A DNA stretch of 64,000 bases, taken from positions 227,717-291,716 of the forward strand of contig CAWGHH010000001.1 of NCBI GenBank assembly GCA_963822405.1, in the 5' to 3' direction. Below, in pieces: positions 58,923 to 64,000 of this stretch. Position 1 is the stretch's first letter; each line of letters opens with the position of its first letter. The DNA comes from Candidatus Uhrbacteria bacterium. Lineage in GTDB: Bacteria > Patescibacteriota > Patescibacteriia > UBA9934. The notes under the pieces were generated by a model. It was not told the DNA's origin. It was given only the letters and a program-made list of their open reading frames with translations, and searched no databases. Both the position numbers and the translations under genes were made by a program.

Positions 58923-60650
58923 ATTGTATTTAGAAGACGAGCGTGCCACCGGTTATTGGCAGATTTTTGATGAAATTACCGTTTATGAGGTCTAGTCCAT
59001 TCACACCTTCGCGCCATTGGATAGTGTGTAGCAATGGGGAAAATTGGTGAGCTGGCTCGGAAACAATTTCAACTTTGATGGCGTCGTCCTGCGCTGAATC
59101 AGCGCCAGTTGAATCTACGATGAGTGAAAATGTATGAGAAGTTCCTGCTGAGATATTGCCATGAACAAGATTTACTAACGCATATCCCACAACTGCCTGT
59201 TCACGATCAGCCGGACCGCACTGATTACCATCAGCATTCATGATTATCCATGACGAATTGTTATTGCTAAGAACCTCTCCTGTTGTGAGGTCCTTAAGTT
59301 CCCACTTCGATGTGTCCCCGAGTCCGCTAACCGTGGAGGATCCGCACGACGCCCATGGGTGTTCAATGTGAGAGAAAGTATCGATCTTGAAAGTCATTTG
59401 TGACATGCTTAGATCACCAGCTGGATCTGCCGCTACATTGAACCGTAGGACTTCTGAACGGCCAGGAATTGCGGCTCCTGAAGGGGTTGAAGAGGATAGA
59501 GTGATGGTCGGGCGAGTCTTGCGGATTTCTAATCCGGCAGGGCTAGGAATATCACCGTTCATGTTCGCTTCGGTGATAACTTTGCCGGAAGTGTTGCCAC
59601 GCGCCATGAAGCTGCCTGGAGTTGTGAGATCAAGTGTCGCGCTCATGCCCCAGCCTGAACGAACAGGGCTGGTGGAGTTGATTGGTGCAGCTTCAAATGT
59701 TACATCGATCGGTAGGGCATTAGTCGCACCTGCTGGAACGTTAATAGCTAGTCCGGTGAAGTCGGCTACGCCGTTTACAAAAGCTACACCATTAGTCATG
59801 AGTCGGCCATCTGGAAGTTTGTAACCAAGGAAGGCGAAGTTTGCACCTCCAAGTTCACCGTATTGCTTGATGCGAAGTTTTTGGATGGTGAACGCTTCGT
59901 TAGTGCTTGAGAATTTGTATGTAGCAATCTTTGCTTGAGTACCAGCGATGATAATGTCGTCCTTCGGAGAGGTTGGGTCGATGCTGGCGGAAAGTTTTCC
60001 GCTACTTCTAACTGTCACGGTTACCGGTCCACCCATGTTTACACCGACATCCGCTGGACTTCCTACGTTGATTCGATCGGCGCCTAGGATATTGTTCGCG
60101 ATAGTCGCTCTGGCTACGACGTTGGCAGGATTGCCTCCAAGCTCGAACGCCATGATGTACTTATCGTTCGCAGAACTGCCTGCGAGGTCGCAGTTAATAG
60201 TGAACTGGGTAACCGTGTTAGCCGGCAATGTGAATGTGTCAGCAAAGGTTATTATGTTTCCGTTTTCAATGTATGACGGCCCGGCAAAGACAGAGCCGGT
60301 TTGCTTATTTTTGATTACGCACGAGGTTACTAAATCAGCGCCCGAAAGATCGTTTTCAATTGTATTAAAGTTGCCGTCGCTATCTGCCAGCACATCAAAA
60401 ACAAGTTTATTTATAGTTATGCCTTTATTTTTAGCTTCTAAGCTAAAGCCGAGCATTTGTTCATCTCGTGCACCTTGCACAGCACTATGTGCGGTTGGCT
60501 TTGGGGTTGCTCTGATATTCAGAATAGGACCAGTGTTACTAGCCGCGATTACGAATCCCGCCGCTGCGGCGAGTAAGCCGGTGCCCATGATGGCAATGCC
60601 GACTAGGGCACTGGTTGTTGTTTGAACTGCTGTTGATGTTTGTTGCATAT
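58831..60650. repeat. 94-bp identical direct repeat (58831-58924 and 60557-60650)
   Basis: Covers the start codon and N-terminal anchor of both paralogs. Confidence 0.9.
58930..60648 (-). CDS. S-layer-like / Ig-like surface protein, paralog A
   Basis: N-terminal hydrophobic anchor, three beta-rich repeats, C-terminal ITGGTLVF. Confidence 0.75.
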   Translation of the reverse strand: MQQTSTAVQTTTSALVGIAIMGTGLLAAAAGFVIAASNTGPILNIRATPKPTAHSAVQGARDEQMLGFSLEAKNKGITINKLVFDVLADSDGNFNTIENDLSGADLVTSCVIKNKQTGSVFAGPSYIENGNIITFADTFTLPANTVTQFTINCDLAGSSANDKYIMAFELGGNPANVVARATIANNILGADRINVGSPADVGVNMGGPVTVTVRSSGKLSASIDPTSPKDDIIIAGTQAKIATYKFSSTNEAFTIQKLRIKQYGELGGANFAFLGYKLPDGRLMTNGVAFVNGVADFTGLAINVPAGATNALPIDVTFEAAPINSTSPVRSGWGMSATLDLTTPGSFMARGNTSGKVITEANMNGDIPSPAGLEIRKTRPTITLSSSTPSGAAIPGRSEVLRFNVAADPAGDLSMSQMTFKIDTFSHIEHPWASCGSSTVSGLGDTSKWELKDLTTGEVLSNNNSSWIIMNADGNQCGPADREQAVVGYALVNLVHGNISAGTSHTFSLIVDSTGADSAQDDAIKVEIVSEPAHQFSPLLHTIQWREGVNGLDLINGNFIKNLPITGGTLVF

Positions 60651-60691
60651 GGGTAATTATAACTTGTTTAGTTGTGTGTTGGGGGGGGGTG

Positions 60692-61696
60692 TTAAGAAGT
60701 TTTATTTCTAGCAGATGCTGCGTCCATATGTTCTCGCCACTGATTGACTACGTCCTCAATGTCTTCTTTGCGAACTGCAGGATGTTTGGTCTGTTTAGCG
60801 GCGCCGTGGACAAGGCCAAGATGCTTGCCGTGACTTTTATCTTCAAACTCGATGGAAACTTTGGCGGCGGCTTCGTCGATCAAATCAATTGCTTTGTCTG
60901 GAAGGAATCGACCGCGGATATATTTATCTGACAGTCGAACCGCCTCTTTCAGCACGTCGTCTGGAATAGTTACTTTGTGAAACGCTTCGTATTCTGGTCG
61001 TAGAGTTTTGAGCATTCTCACTGCCTGTTCCGGCTCAGGTTCGTCGACGAGTACTGGTTGGAATCGTCTATCAAGCGCGGCATCTTTCTTGATGTACTTA
61101 GCGTATTCATCCCAAGTAGTCGCGCCAATGATGTGAAGGTCGCCACGTGCAAGGGCTGGCTTGAACAAGTCGGTTACATTGAGCGAGCCTTCGCTTCCGC
61201 TCCCTTGAACAATCATGTGTACTTCGTCAATAAACAAAATAGTCTCGCGGGAATCGCCCTCGAGGTCTTTTAGAAAGTCGCTAACCCGTTTTTCGAGCTC
61301 ACCACGGAATTTAGTCTCGCCAAAAAGGGAGGCGAGGTTAATTGCGATCAAAGATTTGCCCTTGAGCGAATCTGGAACATTACCTTTCGCCATTCTGTCT
61401 GCCAGGCCATGTACAATAGCGGTTTTTCCTACTCCAGGCTCGCCAATTAACAGGGGATTATTCTTGCTGCGACGCAATAGAATGTGAATCGTCCGTTCGA
61501 TTTCTCCTTCGCGATCAGAAAACGGATCAAGCTTACCCTTCTTGGCGAGTTCGATCAGATCCGTCGAAAATGCACTCGGTTTAGTCGAGGATTTCTTACT
61601 GCCAGTGTTCGAACTTCCCGTTTTCCCTTGATACAAAATAATCGCACCAACAATACCGCAAATAATTGCTATACCCCACAAGACATTCGGATCCAT
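60692..61696 (-). CDS. membrane-anchored single-module ClpA/B-type AAA+ ATPase
   Basis: N-terminal TM, GKLDP, KNNPLLIGEPGVGKT, LFIDEVH, GATT, ALDRRFQ, RFLPDKAIDLIDEA; no second NBD. Confidence 0.85.
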   Translation of the reverse strand: MDPNVLWGIAIICGIVGAIILYQGKTGSSNTGSKKSSTKPSAFSTDLIELAKKGKLDPFSDREGEIERTIHILLRRSKNNPLLIGEPGVGKTAIVHGLADRMAKGNVPDSLKGKSLIAINLASLFGETKFRGELEKRVSDFLKDLEGDSRETILFIDEVHMIVQGSGSEGSLNVTDLFKPALARGDLHIIGATTWDEYAKYIKKDAALDRRFQPVLVDEPEPEQAVRMLKTLRPEYEAFHKVTIPDDVLKEAVRLSDKYIRGRFLPDKAIDLIDEAAAKVSIEFEDKSHGKHLGLVHGAAKQTKHPAVRKEDIEDVVNQWREHMDAASARNKTS

Positions 61697-61734
61697 AGGC
61701 AAAAGTTTGCCTAAGTATACATCGATTTTTTCCC

Positions 61735-62127
61735 GTCTTTGCGAGAGTCCCGTCCGCGGGAGCTCGAAGCAACCTCAAAAGAGCTCACTCGAAATATCAC
61801 GCCAAGTCGGATTTTCAGTCGCAATTAACAGCATTTTCTTGTTTCTCGACCCAGCCTTAATCTGCTTCTCTCTAGAAATCGCATCGTATGCTGTTGAAAA
61901 TACTTCAACATATACGAGTTTTATGCAGTTGTATTCCTTCGTAAATCCTTCGACGAGTTTATCTTTGTGTTCTTGGACTCTTCGAGAGATGTCGTTCGTG
62001 ACGCCTGTGTATAGGACAGAATTATGGGGATTTGTCATGATGTACACGTAGTAACTCCGCTCTTCCATATAAGAAATATCATTGGGGTTGCTTCGACCCA
62101 ACGGATTACCGTTGGTCTCGCAAAGAC
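61735..62127. mobile_element. palindrome-bounded element carrying a GIY-YIG gene
   Basis: Left arm 61735-61774 and right arm 62086-62127 match the arms of 13206-13293. Confidence 0.75.
61775..62068 (-). CDS. GIY-YIG nuclease (UPF0213/YhbQ-like)
   Basis: YYVYIM..LYTGVTNDISRRVQEH..FT..Y..KLVYVE..AISREKQIK..NPTW.D. Confidence 0.93.
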   Translation of the reverse strand: MEERSYYVYIMTNPHNSVLYTGVTNDISRRVQEHKDKLVEGFTKEYNCIKLVYVEVFSTAYDAISREKQIKAGSRNKKMLLIATENPTWRDISSELF

Positions 62128-62136
62128 TGATAGGGG

Positions 62137-63414
62137 CTACTTCGCCAACTCTCTCACATGCTTAACATTCTTCGGTGTAAGCGAAGTTGCCATACCTAGC
62201 CTTTCGGCTTCTTTCAGTCGGCGTTCAAGGAAGGGGACGGAGCGGACTTCGCCGCCCAGGCCAAGTTCGCCGACGATGATTGTATCGGCGGGGAAGGTTT
62301 TGTCGTTGATCGCTGAAATAATTGCGGCAGCGACTGCGAGATCGGCGGCGTGTTCGTCGATTTTGATTCCGCCGACTACGTTTACGAAGACGTCCTGGTC
62401 GTAGACCTTGAGGCCGGCGCGTTTGGACACGATCGCGAGCACCATTTGTAACCTCGACGCGTCATAACCGGATGTGCGACGAACTGGATTTGGGAAGAAT
62501 GACTTGTCGACGAGTGCTTGAATTTCGACGAGGAACGGTCGCGATCCTTCCATGATGCAGGTGACGACAGAGCCAGGACCTGGCACGCGCTCTTTTAAGA
62601 ATCGAGCCGACGGGTTCTCGACCGCAATTAATCCCTTCTCTGTCATCTCGAAAACGCCGATTTCTTCGGTGCTACCAAAACGGTGCTTGTTCGCACGAAG
62701 AATTCTGTACGTCGAGTCTGGGTCGCCTTCAAGGGTAAGAAGGGTGTCGACCAGGTGCTCGAGCGTCTTTGGCCCCGCAATAGTTCCTTCTTTAGTCACT
62801 TGGCCAATAATTAAAACCGGCGTGTTTGTAGATTTTGCGAAGCTGATCAGCTCGGTTGTCGCCGCTCGCACCGCAGTTGGCGTTCCTGGAAATGCGTCAG
62901 CTTCTGCCACCATCATGGTCTGAATAGAATCGACGATTACGATGCTCGGTTTTGCTTCTCTCGCGGCCGCAATAATTGCGCCAACATCGACTGCATTCGA
63001 AAACAGGATCGTGCCCGGGTTAATTCCGAGGCGTTCAAAGCGTAGGCGAACCTGGCCTTCGGATTCTTCGCCAGATGCGTAATAGGCCGTTTGAAAACCC
63101 GCAATCTGGGCCACGATGGTCGACTTGCCGATTCCCGGTTCACCAGCGAGGAGCGTTACAGATCCTGGCACGATTCCTCCGCCAAGGACTCGATCGAGCT
63201 CGGAAAGCCCAGTTGGGATGGGGGAGGTGACGGTGGCGGTGGCTTCGCCTAATTTCAAAACAGGCGCAGGTTTTGCGTGGCTGGTGCCTTTTGACCCCCC
63301 TAGCCCCCCCGGGAGGGGGGAACCATCCTCGGCTAATGTTCCCCATTTTCCACACTCCGTGCATCGCCCAGACCATTTTAGAACCTGGGTATCGCAGTGA
63401 GAACAGCTGTACAT
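62137..63414 (-). CDS. radA: DNA repair protein RadA/Sms
   Basis: C4 zinc finger, GEPGIGKST, DSIQT, AGPKTLEHLVD, KHRFG (KNRFG variant), GELGLGGEVR. Confidence 0.96.
   Translation of the reverse strand: MYSCSHCDTQVLKWSGRCTECGKWGTLAEDGSPLPGGLGGSKGTSHAKPAPVLKLGEATATVTSPIPTGLSELDRVLGGGIVPGSVTLLAGEPGIGKSTIVAQIAGFQTAYYASGEESEGQVRLRFERLGINPGTILFSNAVDVGAIIAAAREAKPSIVIVDSIQTMMVAEADAFPGTPTAVRAATTELISFAKSTNTPVLIIGQVTKEGTIAGPKTLEHLVDTLLTLEGDPDSTYRILRANKHRFGSTEEIGVFEMTEKGLIAVENPSARFLKERVPGPGSVVTCIMEGSRPFLVEIQALVDKSFFPNPVRRTSGYDASRLQMVLAIVSKRAGLKVYDQDVFVNVVGGIKIDEHAADLAVAAAIISAINDKTFPADTIIVGELGLGGEVRSVPFLERRLKEAERLGMATSLTPKNVKHVRELAK
63293..63322. repeat. 30-bp C/G-rich element inside radA linker
   Basis: Minus strand TTCCCCCCTCCCGGGGGGGCTAGGGGGGTC. 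Confidence 0.75.
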
Positions 63415-63415
63415 A

Positions 63416-64000
63416 TTAGTTGCACATTGGAGAGTACTCCTTACTGTCAGCTGAGTCATCCTTCATGCAACAGTAGTCTTTGAAGTCGTATTCAAAGCAG
63501 CCGGCGGGATTATGACCAGAAACAATTGGTGTGCTGTTGGCTGTTGTACATGACCGTTTGCTAAGCTGTTTGCCATCAAGCTCGTAATGCCATGCTTCGC
63601 TGGTCAATCTGCAAAAACCATTGGCTGTCATGATTTGATTCATTGTGGTCATGTCTTTCACGTTGGCAATGAAATCACCCGGGCTACCTTCGGGGAAAAT
63701 ATCAACGGCTACATTTGAGGTATGAGGACAGTTTCTAGCTTGTCCGTTGGAAGTTAGAATGTTCGTTCCTGTGGCCGGATCAGTTACTCCGAGTAGCATT
63801 CCAGTTGCGGTAAAAGTTCTATTGGCATACGAAACTACGGTTGATCTGCCGTATGTACTTCCTGTTGGATCGCAGGTAGACGGTTTATGCGGTGAGCCAG
63901 GTGCCATGAAGCGCTCAAAGAATAATCTAGCTTGAACGCTAACGTCTCTGCTGGCGGAAGTAACTTGAATATTTTTTCCTGTTTGGGCGAAATATATACC
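63416..64000 (-). CDS. M15-family D,D-peptidase domain protein (5' part outside window)
   Basis: Frame open to the window edge: VTSASRDVSVQARLF...CPHTSNVAVD...EAWHYE. Confidence 0.8.
   Translation of the reverse strand, partial: GIYFAQTGKNIQVTSASRDVSVQARLFFERFMAPGSPHKPSTCDPTGSTYGRSTVVSYANRTFTATGMLLGVTDPATGTNILTSNGQARNCPHTSNVAVDIFPEGSPGDFIANVKDMTTMNQIMTANGFCRLTSEAWHYELDGKQLSKRSCTTANSTPIVSGHNPAGCFEYDFKDYCCMKDDSADSKEYSPMCN

Noticed and set aside
60681-60689. G9 tract as a phase-variation switch upstream of the surface gene
   Set aside because: Intergenic single homopolymer with no evidence of a promoter-spacer position; cannot be supported without reads.

Overview
Chromosomal window from a small-genome bacterium using genetic code 11. 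The gene content (PrgI/VirB4-like locus, giant Cys-rich exported protein, conserved hypotheticals, tRNA-Arg(GCG)) suggests Patescibacteria/CPR, Parcubacteria-like; this is an inference. Housekeeping genes include guaB, nusA, yidC, groES/groEL with a CIRCE box, prfB, rsmA, tsaC, recG, radA and three tRNAs. An accessory stretch at about 25.7-36.2 kb carries a RAYT transposase, two lipoproteins and the most interesting locus. That locus has an HxHxK-type HIT hydrolase, a non-discriminating-type AspRS, a full-length AsnRS-like paralog with a remodelled amino-acid pocket, and a divergent amidohydrolase. At least four families of palindromic elements occur. One exists both as an empty copy and as a copy whose arms enclose a GIY-YIG nuclease gene, with compensatory base changes. 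Two other families are inserted in frame inside protein-coding genes. Four genes are interrupted (amidohydrolase, comF, recG, one S-layer-like paralog), by sequencing error or real decay. All calls come from motif recognition by eye; no database search was run.
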